Origin: a virus
DNA: 64,000 nucleotides
Strand: one strand, 5' to 3'
Virus record (IMG/VR): IMGVR_UViG_3300045996_003161
In this document: piece after piece, positions 7,899 to 17,474 of the stretch
How positions within the stretch are numbered: the first letter of the stretch is position 1
How the letters are laid out: each line of letters begins with the position of its first letter
Position numbers and translations under genes: made by a program
The notes under the pieces: generated by a model
What the model was told of the DNA's origin: nothing
What the model saw: only the letters and a program-made list of their open reading frames with translations
Database searches by the model: none

Positions 7899-8318
7899 AT
7901 GCTTGGATGATCTATGGTATAACAGTATCGATATTGGCACAAGCATTATTTGTTGTGCTATCTTTGTTATAACGTCTCTCCAGTCCATCGTTACATCACG
8001 AATAACTATATCAGTGAAAGGTATGGGAATGGGATAAATCCTGCTTAGGTAATAAAATACTACAATTGCTATTGTTCCAACTATCAGAACAAGATATGGA
8101 ATTCTATATTGTGGAACAATTAATATGAAGGGTATAACCAACATATATCCAAAACCAATTAGAGCAAAGAATGCGTATTCTGCATGTGTTTTAATTTTCT
8201 TCGTCTCTGATGTTGCTTTATCATGTGCTTGTTTTTCTATTGCAGCATGTTCAAAATATATGTAAATAGTTGGAATAACACAAATTAAAAAAATAAAATA
8301 AAGAAATTTAGTGTTCAT
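7893..8318 (-). CDS. Multi-pass membrane protein, paralog of 53494..53925
   Basis: About 4 TM; shared H..IEK.H, EY, PY and D....K..Q.I pattern. Confidence 0.75.
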   Translation of the reverse strand: MNTKFLYFIFLICVIPTIYIYFEHAAIEKQAHDKATSETKKIKTHAEYAFFALIGFGYMLVIPFILIVPQYRIPYLVLIVGTIAIVVFYYLSRIYPIPIPFTDIVIRDVTMDWRDVITKIAQQIMLVPISILLYHRSSKHS

Positions 8319-8554
8319 TAGTGTTCTTGGTCTGCTTCATAAATATCTTTCAATTCATTTATTGCGGTTTCTAATTCTTCTTGTGCTGCTTTAGTATCGC
8401 CTTCATTTAGATATATTTGTACTTCTTCTAATATTGTCATTATTTTTCCTGCTACCATTCCTGCTCCACCTGTAGCTTCGGATTGGTTTGGTGTGAATGC
8501 TACTGCTATTAATAATATTCCTATTACAATTCCTAAAATATTTGATGTCTTCAT
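8318..8554 (-). CDS. Small secreted or membrane-anchored helical protein
   Basis: N-terminal hydrophobic signal, acidic helical C-terminus. Confidence 0.7.
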   Translation of the reverse strand: MKTSNILGIVIGILLIAVAFTPNQSEATGGAGMVAGKIMTILEEVQIYLNEGDTKAAQEELETAINELKDIYEADQEH

Positions 8555-8603
8555 TACCGTAGGTATAGAAATATTAATATATAAATGTTATCATTATTGT
8601 GGT

Positions 8604-8882
8604 ATGAGTAAATGTAGCTTTTGTACTAAACCTTCAATTATAGGTTATATTGATGGATCTATTCAAAAAAATGTTTGCCAATTTCATTATAAAGTTAAAC
8701 TCATCAAAGATATTGAACTTGAAGAACCAGTAAAACCAATTTGTAATTTATGCGGTAAAGGTATTTGCCGTTATGATTCGTTAGGTGTTGTGGGGAATAC
8801 AGCATTAGTAACCTTTATATGCACTAATTGTAAAGAGTATTCTACGGTGAAAAAGGATATTGACAGTTACTTTACAGTTTGA
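8604..8882 (+). CDS. Double Zn-finger protein
   Basis: CSFC...CQFH and CNLC...CTNC; likely start ATG 8604 (track ORF begins 8493). Confidence 0.65.
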   Translation: MSKCSFCTKPSIIGYIDGSIQKNVCQFHYKVKLIKDIELEEPVKPICNLCGKGICRYDSLGVVGNTALVTFICTNCKEYSTVKKDIDSYFTV

Positions 8883-9384
8883 TGATCAACGGGATAAGTT
8901 AAAAACATTTATCAACAAGTTTGTTCGTAAAGGAGAATTTAAACTTAAGTCAGGGATAATTAGTGATAAATATTTTGATATAAAATCTTTATTTTGCAAT
9001 GGAAGTTTTGCGTTATATACGGCGAAATGTATTCAGGTTTCTAATGATATAAAATATGTTGGGGGGATGGAAACGGGAGCAACGCCCTTCGTTACTGCTA
9101 TAAGTGTATCATTTAATTATTTACCCGCATTTAGAATTCGTAAGAAAGCTAAATCTTATGGATTGGATGGACGGGTTATAAGTTATTGGAATCCCATGAT
9201 TGGAAAGTGCATACTTGTAGATGATGTGATTACAACAGGATCTAGTATAGATGAATGTGTGAGAGTTTTAAAGAAGGAAGGTCATCAATTAGAGGTTGAT
9301 TCTGTAGTATGTATTGTTGATAGAACTAGAGGAAAATATACTAAATATCCGATTGTTTCGTTTTATGTTGAGGATGATTTTTAA
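8860..9384 (+). CDS. pyrE: Orotate phosphoribosyltransferase-like type I PRTase
   Basis: FKLKSG..SDKYFD, RK.AK.YG and ILVDDVITTGSS (PRPP-binding loop). Confidence 0.85.
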   Translation: MTVTLQFDDQRDKLKTFINKFVRKGEFKLKSGIISDKYFDIKSLFCNGSFALYTAKCIQVSNDIKYVGGMETGATPFVTAISVSFNYLPAFRIRKKAKSYGLDGRVISYWNPMIGKCILVDDVITTGSSIDECVRVLKKEGHQLEVDSVVCIVDRTRGKYTKYPIVSFYVEDDF

Positions 9385-10058
9385 TACTTTTTTGGTTCAA
9401 AGACGATTCTCCTTGGTTTGATTCCTGCATAATAGTTTGTCATTAATGAACCCCTTCCTTCACGTAAATGAATTATTTCTACTTGTTTATCACAAATCAT
9501 TGGTATTCCTCTTATATTGCATTGATAGCTGAAATTCGTATCAAGGCAACAACCTTGAGCATACTTAAGTCCATTCCATTTTGCATCATCATCAAATTCA
9601 ATTCTTTCTACTATATCACGGCGAATTGTGGTTAAACTGAATCCTTGCCATTTGACTTGAAAGTAACGGGGCATTTTCGTTAAATCCTGTTTCGTAAGTA
9701 GCTGATATTGGCGAGCGGCCCTTTCCATAGGTTCGGGATAGAGGCTTAGCGTTACATCGTTTATTTGGTCAGTGAGATTAATGTTTGAAAATCCTGTGAT
9801 TACCGGAGGATTGAATTTTTCAATGTCCTCTATAAGTGTTTGGATTTCTTTTTCTGTGAATAGCACGTCATCAGGGCACAAGCATAAATGACTATACTCA
9901 GGATGCATTAAGAACCAGAGGCGAAGACTGTAGTAAGCATCAGCTTCGGGTTGGAAATACTGGATTCGTAATTTATCAATATTATTTATTTTACTGATTG
10001 AGTCTTGGAATTGAGGAAGATCTCTTGGGTTTAAAATTCCAAGTAGAACGTTAGTCAA
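9381..10058 (-). CDS. GT-A fold (GT2-like) glycosyltransferase
   Basis: LCLCPDDV, GFSLTTIRRDIV, D..FSYQC..RGIP...D...H pattern. Confidence 0.7.
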   Translation of the reverse strand: MTNVLLGILNPRDLPQFQDSISKINNIDKLRIQYFQPEADAYYSLRLWFLMHPEYSHLCLCPDDVLFTEKEIQTLIEDIEKFNPPVITGFSNINLTDQINDVTLSLYPEPMERAARQYQLLTKQDLTKMPRYFQVKWQGFSLTTIRRDIVERIEFDDDAKWNGLKYAQGCCLDTNFSYQCNIRGIPMICDKQVEIIHLREGRGSLMTNYYAGIKPRRIVFEPKKY

Positions 10059-10731
10059 GTTTAAATAACTGTTTGTTTACTTCTTCATCTTTGTCAAGTT
10101 TATATAACTGCTTGGTTATTTTTTCAATTTTTAGTTCCGTATTCTTCAATATTTCATTCATTTCTTTTTGTAATTTTATATGATCTTTTGCAGGATTTCC
10201 CCAAACTGTTGTTCCTCTTGTGATTGATTTCGTTACAACGCTGCCTGCCCCTACTACGACTTTTTCCCCGATGGTAATTCCCGGCAATAACGTACATCCT
10301 ACGCCTATTTTAGCCCCTTTACAAATTCTTGTTTGTTGAGGTTCGAATGCCTTAGTTGCTGGCCAATCAATGTATTTATCGTTGCTTAATTGTGCTCCAT
10401 TTCCTAGAAATACATTATCTTCGATTATGGTGTTAAATGGAATACATACATGGGTTCCTACCCGTACATTATCTCCTATTATTATTCCTTTCCCTTCAAA
10501 TGTGCAATGTCCTCCAATGTGACAATTTTTACCGATCTTTATTCCTGCTCTCAGTTGAACGAAAGGCCCTATAATACAGTTTTCTCCGATCTCTACGTCT
10601 TCTTCAATTAAACTGTAAGGCTCTAATCTTACACTATCATGAATCTTAGCGTTATAATTAATTGTAAATCTATCATCTTCTATTAAATCTTCCCAATTTT
10701 GTTTAAGCTCACTATATCTTATTGCTGGCAT
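10051..10731 (-). CDS. Left-handed beta-helix (hexapeptide) acyltransferase, NDP-sugar N-acetyltransferase-like
   Basis: Hexapeptide repeats IGENCII, IGKNCHI, IGDNVRV; GAGSVVTK...WGNPA. Confidence 0.9.
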   Translation of the reverse strand: MPAIRYSELKQNWEDLIEDDRFTINYNAKIHDSVRLEPYSLIEEDVEIGENCIIGPFVQLRAGIKIGKNCHIGGHCTFEGKGIIIGDNVRVGTHVCIPFNTIIEDNVFLGNGAQLSNDKYIDWPATKAFEPQQTRICKGAKIGVGCTLLPGITIGEKVVVGAGSVVTKSITRGTTVWGNPAKDHIKLQKEMNEILKNTELKIEKITKQLYKLDKDEEVNKQLFKLD

Positions 10732-10734
10732 ATA

Positions 10735-11610
10735 TTAATCGTGAAGATTAGTAAAATTTAAGGGTTTCGGTTGGAGGGTGTGAGGGCATGATTTTTTATC
10801 TCTTTTCCCTAAATTACAATTATAACATAGAACTTGATAATCTTGGGGGAATTGATTTACTTTCAACCACTGGTAGAAATTTCTATTGCCTATTTGTTTT
10901 CTATGTTTAGTACCATTACCATTAATATGGTCAATACTAAGAAAATTAATTTCATTTTCTCCACAGCATTTACAGAAAGGAATTTCATTATTTGAATAAT
11001 GAATTAATGCTATTTTTTTGTAATTTATATATCGTTTATTATATATTTTACTATTAAATATAATTCTTTGATGAAAACATATGTTATTATTATGTTTATT
11101 TAAGTTACAATTATAACATAATACTTGAAATCCAATGGGAAGATTATTTTTTAATAACCAACTGTAAAGGTCATGAGATCCAGATTCAATTCTATGTTTG
11201 TTACCGTTTCCATTTATATGGTCTATACATAAAAAATTAATATTTTTTTCGTTACAACAATTACATTGAATTATTCCTTTAGGATTGGTGTAATATTCAA
11301 GTACTTTAATTTTATTGTTTTTATTCCATTCTATTCTGTTTTTTAGACGTTTTTCTTTATATTTTATATCCGAATGATAAAGGTTATAATTTTTCTGTGC
11401 TATTTCTTCTTTATGATTATAATAATATTTGAGTGATTGTCTATTACGTTTTTGACTATTTTTTATATGATATTTATTCCACATTGTTTTAATGCATTCT
11501 TTACATTGATTTCTGTTTTTATGGAAGTTTGACATTTCTTTGAATTTAAAACATTTATTGCATCTTTTATCACCACTTTCATTGAAAACTTTTTTTAAAC
11601 GTTTATTCAA
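10735..11610 (-). CDS. Free-standing HNH homing endonuclease with a duplicated HNH domain
   Basis: Two copies of CxCC.E....FL.IDHINGNG.KHR...QVLCYNCN; N-terminal CxxC...C. Confidence 0.85.
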   Translation of the reverse strand: MNKRLKKVFNESGDKRCNKCFKFKEMSNFHKNRNQCKECIKTMWNKYHIKNSQKRNRQSLKYYYNHKEEIAQKNYNLYHSDIKYKEKRLKNRIEWNKNNKIKVLEYYTNPKGIIQCNCCNEKNINFLCIDHINGNGNKHRIESGSHDLYSWLLKNNLPIGFQVLCYNCNLNKHNNNICFHQRIIFNSKIYNKRYINYKKIALIHYSNNEIPFCKCCGENEINFLSIDHINGNGTKHRKQIGNRNFYQWLKVNQFPQDYQVLCYNCNLGKRDKKSCPHTLQPKPLNFTNLHD

Positions 11611-11684
11611 GCCTTGTCTAATATAAATGTTAACATAAAAATATTACTATAGTTAACAAATACTTCATTTTCCTTCATTTAGGT

Positions 11685-12101
11685 ATGACGGGTTCATACG
11701 CAAACATGGTAGATGTGCGTCGCCTAGCTGGTGGTATAGGAAGTATAAGCAACGAAGAGATGGAGGATTATCTTCTATCAGGTAATGTTTTGAGTGAAAG
11801 TTGTACAGGGTTAAAAGATTTATCTACATCAGATAATCGTTATCCATTGATGAAACAGTTAAGCGAGTATTACGCAAGTGCCATTATTCGTGATCATTAC
11901 TCGGACAAGCTTAAAACTGCTAATACACATTTCGAGAGAGCTAAAGAATTATGTCAAGCAATTGTCGCTTTATCCTCTGGGGGAAGTACCTCAGCACGTA
12001 ATGTCTCTCAAGGCTACAAAACGTCACCACTGAATGAAGACGGCGAGTACTTCAGCGACCGCTACATCAGTTCTGGAGTAACAGAAAATATATTTGATTA
12101 G
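11685..12101 (+). CDS. Putative head-tail adaptor/connector protein
   Basis: Size, YA...DVRRL start, helical; next to neck/tail genes; TAGTT motif upstream. Confidence 0.5.
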   Translation: MTGSYANMVDVRRLAGGIGSISNEEMEDYLLSGNVLSESCTGLKDLSTSDNRYPLMKQLSEYYASAIIRDHYSDKLKTANTHFERAKELCQAIVALSSGGSTSARNVSQGYKTSPLNEDGEYFSDRYISSGVTENIFD

Positions 12102-12478
12102 GAAACTATAAGGAATTTCCTATAAAATAACTGAAGATCAAAAACAAAATGCCAATCAGTTTTAGCATTATCCCCATCAAACATTTGTCTAAAATCTAAT
12201 ATTTGAACTAAACTAATTCCTTCACCTACTAGGGCTGATGGATTTTCTATTAATATTCTTTCTATTTCTTTTTGAATTTCCCCTACTTCTTCAGGTTCAT
12301 CTTCACTTAAAGATTTTACATGAATGTGAATTTCAAGAATTTTTGATTCATCAAAATTCGCCGTGGTAGAAGCAAACTCTATGGTAGTTTCAAATGGAAC
12401 TATATTTATTTGGTATTCTGCTCCATGGTCAATATTATCATCGGAAAATCTAATTTCATCAAGCGGTGGAAGAGGCAT
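12098..12478 (-). CDS. Tail terminator/completion-like protein lacking its N-terminal segment; paralog of 20529..21020
   Basis: Shared PP.D, D..D.G..Y.I, EIH...LSE..P, KE..RI, GISL and FR....DN..T..H with 20529..21020. Confidence 0.7.
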   Translation of the reverse strand: MPLPPLDEIRFSDDNIDHGAEYQINIVPFETTIEFASTTANFDESKILEIHIHVKSLSEDEPEEVGEIQKEIERILIENPSALVGEGISLVQILDFRQMFDGDNAKTDWHFVFDLQLFYRKFLIVS

Positions 12479-12514
12479 AAAATGTAAAATGTAAGCTTCG
12501 TATTTGAGTAGTAT

Positions 12515-14644
12515 TTATTGATTAGACCAATTAACCTTAATATAATTTATAAGTAAAGCAATCATTTCTTTATCTGATTTGTCAGGGAACCCACCAGCTA
12601 ATCTTATTATTCCTTCAAGGTGAGTAAGTATTCCTACTATAGTTTCATTTAATCCAACAGTAGGTTCATTAATGCCTCTTGATGTTACATAGATTCTAGA
12701 TAAGACTTCAGCTACTGATACATTTACCAGTATAGGACGGACTGAATCAAATGCTCTTTGTATCGAATCATTTATATTAATGAGATTTTCTTCTATTGAT
12801 CGTGGATATAGTTTAGATCTTATTACCGCTTCTTCAATATCGGTGTCTTCTGATAATGTTCTGAAAGCAGTTAATAATCTATTTAATGTTTCATTAATGG
12901 TTATTGCTGATTCAGAAATTGTACGAACAGTAACAACAAGTCCTGTTAGTGTTTGATTAACATTTACAGTTTGTGATAGGGTACGTGAAGTACTGAAACT
13001 TTTTACTAACGATTCATTAATGGTTGTAGTTTGTGGCAATGAACGAGATGCAGCATACAGTCTGTTTAGGGTTTGATTAATTGTCACACTTTCTTCAATT
13101 GTTCGAACGATTGTTTCACGTGCACCTGTTAGATTTTCACTAATATCAGTGTCTTCTAATAATGTTCGGAAGGTTGCTAAAAGTCTTACTAGTGCTTCAG
13201 TACTTTCTATTGTATTTTCAGTAATCGTACGAACGGTAGAATAAACTTTGGTTAATGTTTCACTAATTGGTACATTCTGAGAAATTGAGCGTATGGAAGT
13301 TAGTAATCTAGTAATATTTTCGCTTATTGGAACGGTTTCGGATGGGGAACGAATTGAACCTAAAATTCTGCTAATTGTTTGATCAACGGTGATTGCAGTT
13401 TCAGTTATAGATCTTAATAATATTATTATTGCTGTAACTGAATCATTAACAGTTACATTTTGATTTATACTACGTATAGTTGAAAAGCTTTTTGCAACTT
13501 CTCCAGTTATACCTTCATTTTCCGTAACGGTACGGATTGCAGCTAAAGTAGTAGCTACGATTTGATTTACATTGATTTGAGTTTCAGATATGGATTTAAT
13601 AAATCCTAAAATTCTTTGTACTGCATCATCTTCAGGAGTATTTTCAGATACTGATCGTAAAGCTCCTAATATTCTAACAACTGTTTGATTAACTGTAATT
13701 GCGTCTTCCGTTATTGAAAGTGGACTAGTTCTTAATCTTGATAAAGTTTCATCAACGGTTAATGCATCTTCAGTTGGGGAACGTAAAGCTCCCAAGACCC
13801 TAATAAGTGTTTGGTTAATTGTAATCGCATCTTCAGTTATTGTTCTTGGTATATGTCTTAATCTTGAAACAGTATCATCAGTTGTAATCGCATCTTCTGT
13901 TATGGAACGTAAGAATCCTGCTCCTGCACCTTTAGCACCAAATAAACTATCTATTACTACTTCAGGGAACTCAACGCAGCTAACGGAATAATTAAATACT
14001 GTTGGGCCGCTGGGGGTATGTGTGCCTGAAACCGAATCATCCTCTTCTACCGCTGTTTCCGATATTGACCCTATAACTCCTAAAATTCTTGCTATCTCTT
14101 CACTTACGCTTATTGATGATTCAGTAATATCACCATTGAAATTTTGTGGTATAATTAATGGAGTCGAAATTTCATCATTTGTACTTCCGAGATTTGTTCC
14201 TACACCGATGTTTTGAGTACCACAAGCACTTGTAGTGAGTGTAAATTCTACTGCGAATCTATCAGTTGATTGTCTACCTACTGGATTTTGTGTGCCATCA
14301 CTCCATGCTATTGTATTTGATTTGACTCCTGTTGTACCACAAGAAACGGAAATAGCACCGGAAGATTTAGATGCTCTTTCAGTTGTTCCATCAGAAGCGT
14401 AACGAATAAGACGAACTAATGTAATATTAAAATTGGTATTTGCTGTTGTAACTCTATACCTCCATGTATAAGTTCCATTATCCCAATCAGTAATTCCTAG
14501 TCCAGCAGTTCCCCAAATTCTAGTTACGCTACCAGCATTAGATCTACCATAAGTTAATGTAGCACCTGTACCTGTTGTAAGTGTCATATCATTTTGGATT
14601 GAACCTACAATATTGGTAGTAGTATCACATTTTATTAAATCCAT
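12515..14644 (-). CDS. Repeat-rich virion fibre protein (about 25 repeats of 20-21 aa) ending in a tail-terminator-like N-terminal segment
   Basis: RS/TI.E..I....T(L/V).R.LG.L repeats; C-terminal IRLAGGFPDKSDKEMIALLINYIKVNW. Confidence 0.75.
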   Translation of the reverse strand: MDLIKCDTTTNIVGSIQNDMTLTTGTGATLTYGRSNAGSVTRIWGTAGLGITDWDNGTYTWRYRVTTANTNFNITLVRLIRYASDGTTERASKSSGAISVSCGTTGVKSNTIAWSDGTQNPVGRQSTDRFAVEFTLTTSACGTQNIGVGTNLGSTNDEISTPLIIPQNFNGDITESSISVSEEIARILGVIGSISETAVEEDDSVSGTHTPSGPTVFNYSVSCVEFPEVVIDSLFGAKGAGAGFLRSITEDAITTDDTVSRLRHIPRTITEDAITINQTLIRVLGALRSPTEDALTVDETLSRLRTSPLSITEDAITVNQTVVRILGALRSVSENTPEDDAVQRILGFIKSISETQINVNQIVATTLAAIRTVTENEGITGEVAKSFSTIRSINQNVTVNDSVTAIIILLRSITETAITVDQTISRILGSIRSPSETVPISENITRLLTSIRSISQNVPISETLTKVYSTVRTITENTIESTEALVRLLATFRTLLEDTDISENLTGARETIVRTIEESVTINQTLNRLYAASRSLPQTTTINESLVKSFSTSRTLSQTVNVNQTLTGLVVTVRTISESAITINETLNRLLTAFRTLSEDTDIEEAVIRSKLYPRSIEENLININDSIQRAFDSVRPILVNVSVAEVLSRIYVTSRGINEPTVGLNETIVGILTHLEGIIRLAGGFPDKSDKEMIALLINYIKVNWSNQ

Positions 14645-15025
14645 TTAGGGCCTCCATGCAACACATTTTTCATGCAATTTTTTGTAGGTTTTGTCGTCAA
14701 GCAATTTTCCAATAAATGTTTTCTTTAAACGTTTAGTATTTTTAGTTTTAATTTTTTCTTTATTAACTCCTCTAAGTTCAACGAAAGTTGTTTCATTTTG
14801 ATTTTCATCCCAATGAGCTTTTACTAGGAAATTTCCAAGTTTTTTATAATCTAAATGAACAAAATCATTACCATCTATTATATGTGAATATAGTTTATCA
14901 TCATAAAAGATCTTGATTGATGTATAAGCTTTATCTTTCGGTATTTTATCAAAGTCTTTTTTGTTTGATATTTTTCCTTCATAAGTTGTTTCATCTTCGT
15001 AAGCGATAAAAATATAATATTCCAT
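14645..15025 (-). CDS. Hypothetical protein between the fibre genes
   Basis: ORF track; tight coupling. Confidence 0.65.
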   Translation of the reverse strand: MEYYIFIAYEDETTYEGKISNKKDFDKIPKDKAYTSIKIFYDDKLYSHIIDGNDFVHLDYKKLGNFLVKAHWDENQNETTFVELRGVNKEKIKTKNTKRLKKTFIGKLLDDKTYKKLHEKCVAWRP

Positions 15026-15027
15026 TA

Positions 15028-17178
15028 CTAGCTACCTCCCTTAAAAGTAAGTAGTGAATAATACCATTTAACATATGCTTCGACTATAATTGCATATGAA
15101 GTTCGAAGTACTTGTAATGTTTGATCGATATCTGTATCTTCAGTTATAGTTTTTGTGATGTTTTGAATTCTTGTTAATGTAGCATCAATTGTAATCGCAT
15201 CTTCTGATATTGTACGCAAAGTTTCTCGAAGTCTTGTTACCGAATCATTTATACTTATTGATGGTTCACTTACAGTTCTTAATGCTCCGAGAATTCTAAC
15301 TAGAGCATCATCAATTGTAATAGTTCCTTCAGTTATCGTTTTAATTAAGCCTTGAATTCTTGTAACACTATCATTTATTGTTATTGCATCTTCAGTTATA
15401 GATACTCCTCCTGTTTGTTTTGTTCCAGATACACTATCATCAGTTGTAATGGCAGTTTCAGCAATAGATCTTAATGCACCAAGAAGTCTAGTTAATGTTT
15501 GGTTAATACTAATTGAGGATTCATTTATTGAACGTAAAGTACCTAAAATTCTTGTAAGTGTTTCACCAGAACTAATCGATGGTTCAGATATCGAACGTAA
15601 TGCTCCTAATATACGGGTTAAGGTTTGATTAACTGTAATCGAGCTTTCAGTAATTGCCCTTGTTGCTCCAAATAGGCGTGTAAGTGTTTGATCAACTGTA
15701 ATTGCTGGTTCAGATATTGAGCGTGGAACAGATCTAAGTCCTGTTAAAGTTTGATCAATTGTGATTGATGTTTCAGAGATTAGTCTTAATGCACCTAATA
15801 ATCGAGTTAAAGTTTCACCATTAGATACAGATGGTTCGTTTACGGGTCTAATTGCAGCTAATAATCGTGATATGGTTTGATCAACTGTAATTGATGTTTC
15901 GGATATTGGCCTATCATAAGATGTTCCTCCTGTTGTTGAATTACCTAATACAATATAAAAATAACGTCTTGCATTTCCAATATTTGTCCAGTTAATAACA
16001 AAACCTGAATTAGTGAAACTATCAATAGTGGCTTCATCATCAATTGTTGAAGATGTTGCAGTAGCATTTGGAGTTACATTAAGATACACAGAATCGGTTT
16101 CATATCTTGTTGTAGTTACGGCATTGGCAGCAGCATCTAAATCAGCGGCTACAGTTACAGCTTGAGTCTTTACAGAGGATTCATCTAGAGAAGCGGCACC
16201 AAATGAAAAAACGTTATCGGCTTGTATTGCTCCACCTGTTGCAGTATCACATCCAAATACTATTACCGCTTTTGCTCCATGAGTCATCTCTGTAGGAACT
16301 TCAATTGTTGTGTTTCCAGTTGTTGCAGGTTCAAGTGCTGAAGTAGTAAAATATTCACCACCTCTTAGAGCAAGATATGATTTTACAGTCGCAACAGAGA
16401 ACGAACTATTTGTAAGTGTGAAACCAGTTGCATCAAGTGAAATAATTGAACAGGTATTAAAAATGGCTCCTGTAGTAGCATTCATATCTGAAGTAATTCC
16501 GGCTCCTGTGTTGATTAGCTGCCAAGTATCCATAGCGGTTCTCCCACCACCTTCAGATACAAAACCAGCTCCACCCCTAAAGTTAATAGTTGAATTGGTA
16601 CAACCAGCAACACCTAATACAAATGATGACCCATCACCTACTGCGGTATTAAATGCAGTATTATGTCCTGATACCAGAAATAACATTTGAGGTTGGAATC
16701 CGGGGCCGGTATATCCTACATTAGTACCATTAGCTGAAATGGTAATATCTCCTACTTTGGCATTTGTTAAGTCACTACCTCCCAGAAAAAGAACATGTAA
16801 TTTAAATGCAGCAGTTGGTGCATTACTCCAGTTAATACGCATCCCATCAGCGTTCCATTGTACAAAACTTGCTCTAGCATCTTCTGTTGTTAATGTTCCT
16901 GTCTGATTAAGTAGGACAATTATGGAATCATTTCGTGCTATACGTGCAGCGTCTGATGTTGCAACTGCATCCTCTGATACATTACAGTAACAACGTGAAT
17001 TGGTTCCATCTGTAAACCCAAAACCAAAAGAGAATCCATTAACAAAAGTATCTACTGCATTATTACCAGCGGTAAACCATACAATAGCGGCTTTGGGTGT
17101 GAAAGATGTTCCTGTTAAGTCTTGATCTCCAGTACTGGTGTTGGCTGTAAATGTTAAAACTTTAGCACTAAATACCAT
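15028..17178 (-). CDS. Virion fibre/adhesin: N-terminal module of three GFxP(K/Q)-type repeats plus about 14 21-aa repeats
   Basis: SFTPKAAIV, GFQPQMLFL; RSISEPSISSGETLTRILGTL-type repeats. Confidence 0.75.
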   Translation of the reverse strand: MVFSAKVLTFTANTSTGDQDLTGTSFTPKAAIVWFTAGNNAVDTFVNGFSFGFGFTDGTNSRCYCNVSEDAVATSDAARIARNDSIIVLLNQTGTLTTEDARASFVQWNADGMRINWSNAPTAAFKLHVLFLGGSDLTNAKVGDITISANGTNVGYTGPGFQPQMLFLVSGHNTAFNTAVGDGSSFVLGVAGCTNSTINFRGGAGFVSEGGGRTAMDTWQLINTGAGITSDMNATTGAIFNTCSIISLDATGFTLTNSSFSVATVKSYLALRGGEYFTTSALEPATTGNTTIEVPTEMTHGAKAVIVFGCDTATGGAIQADNVFSFGAASLDESSVKTQAVTVAADLDAAANAVTTTRYETDSVYLNVTPNATATSSTIDDEATIDSFTNSGFVINWTNIGNARRYFYIVLGNSTTGGTSYDRPISETSITVDQTISRLLAAIRPVNEPSVSNGETLTRLLGALRLISETSITIDQTLTGLRSVPRSISEPAITVDQTLTRLFGATRAITESSITVNQTLTRILGALRSISEPSISSGETLTRILGTLRSINESSISINQTLTRLLGALRSIAETAITTDDSVSGTKQTGGVSITEDAITINDSVTRIQGLIKTITEGTITIDDALVRILGALRTVSEPSISINDSVTRLRETLRTISEDAITIDATLTRIQNITKTITEDTDIDQTLQVLRTSYAIIVEAYVKWYYSLLTFKGGS

Positions 17179-17183
17179 GTTTA

Positions 17184-17474
17184 TTATTCATCCAAAGCGT
17201 TTATGGTAGCATCTTTCTGATGTACTTGATTTATATCATTTTGAAATGCATTTAGATGATCTTTAGCATGTTTTAATGATAAATTATCTACACTTGTAAA
17301 ACTATTTCCGTTATTTACTATTGAGTTACTATTCATATAATTATCGTGTTCTGTTATTACTTCATTTAATCTCGTTAAAGCGTTTGAAATATCGTCACTT
17401 TGGACAAGATTTTTTATATATTTTCGTTGATCTTTGTACCTATAATAATATTCATGTATTATTAGATTAGTCAA
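17184..17474 (-). CDS. Hypothetical protein in the structural module
   Basis: ORF track. Confidence 0.6.
   Translation of the reverse strand: MTNLIIHEYYYRYKDQRKYIKNLVQSDDISNALTRLNEVITEHDNYMNSNSIVNNGNSFTSVDNLSLKHAKDHLNAFQNDINQVHQKDATINALDE

Noticed and set aside
12479-12517. 36-nt gap as a bulge-helix-bulge intron or a T4 gene 60-type ribosomal bypass
   Set aside because: Only about 5 bp of A-U pairing between the ends; the matching CAA landing codon resumes out of frame; the gap has promoter-like spacing.
12515-17178. Repeats as a CRISPR array or DNA tandem repeat
   Set aside because: They are in-frame protein repeats with diverged codons and no constant repeat/unique spacer pattern.
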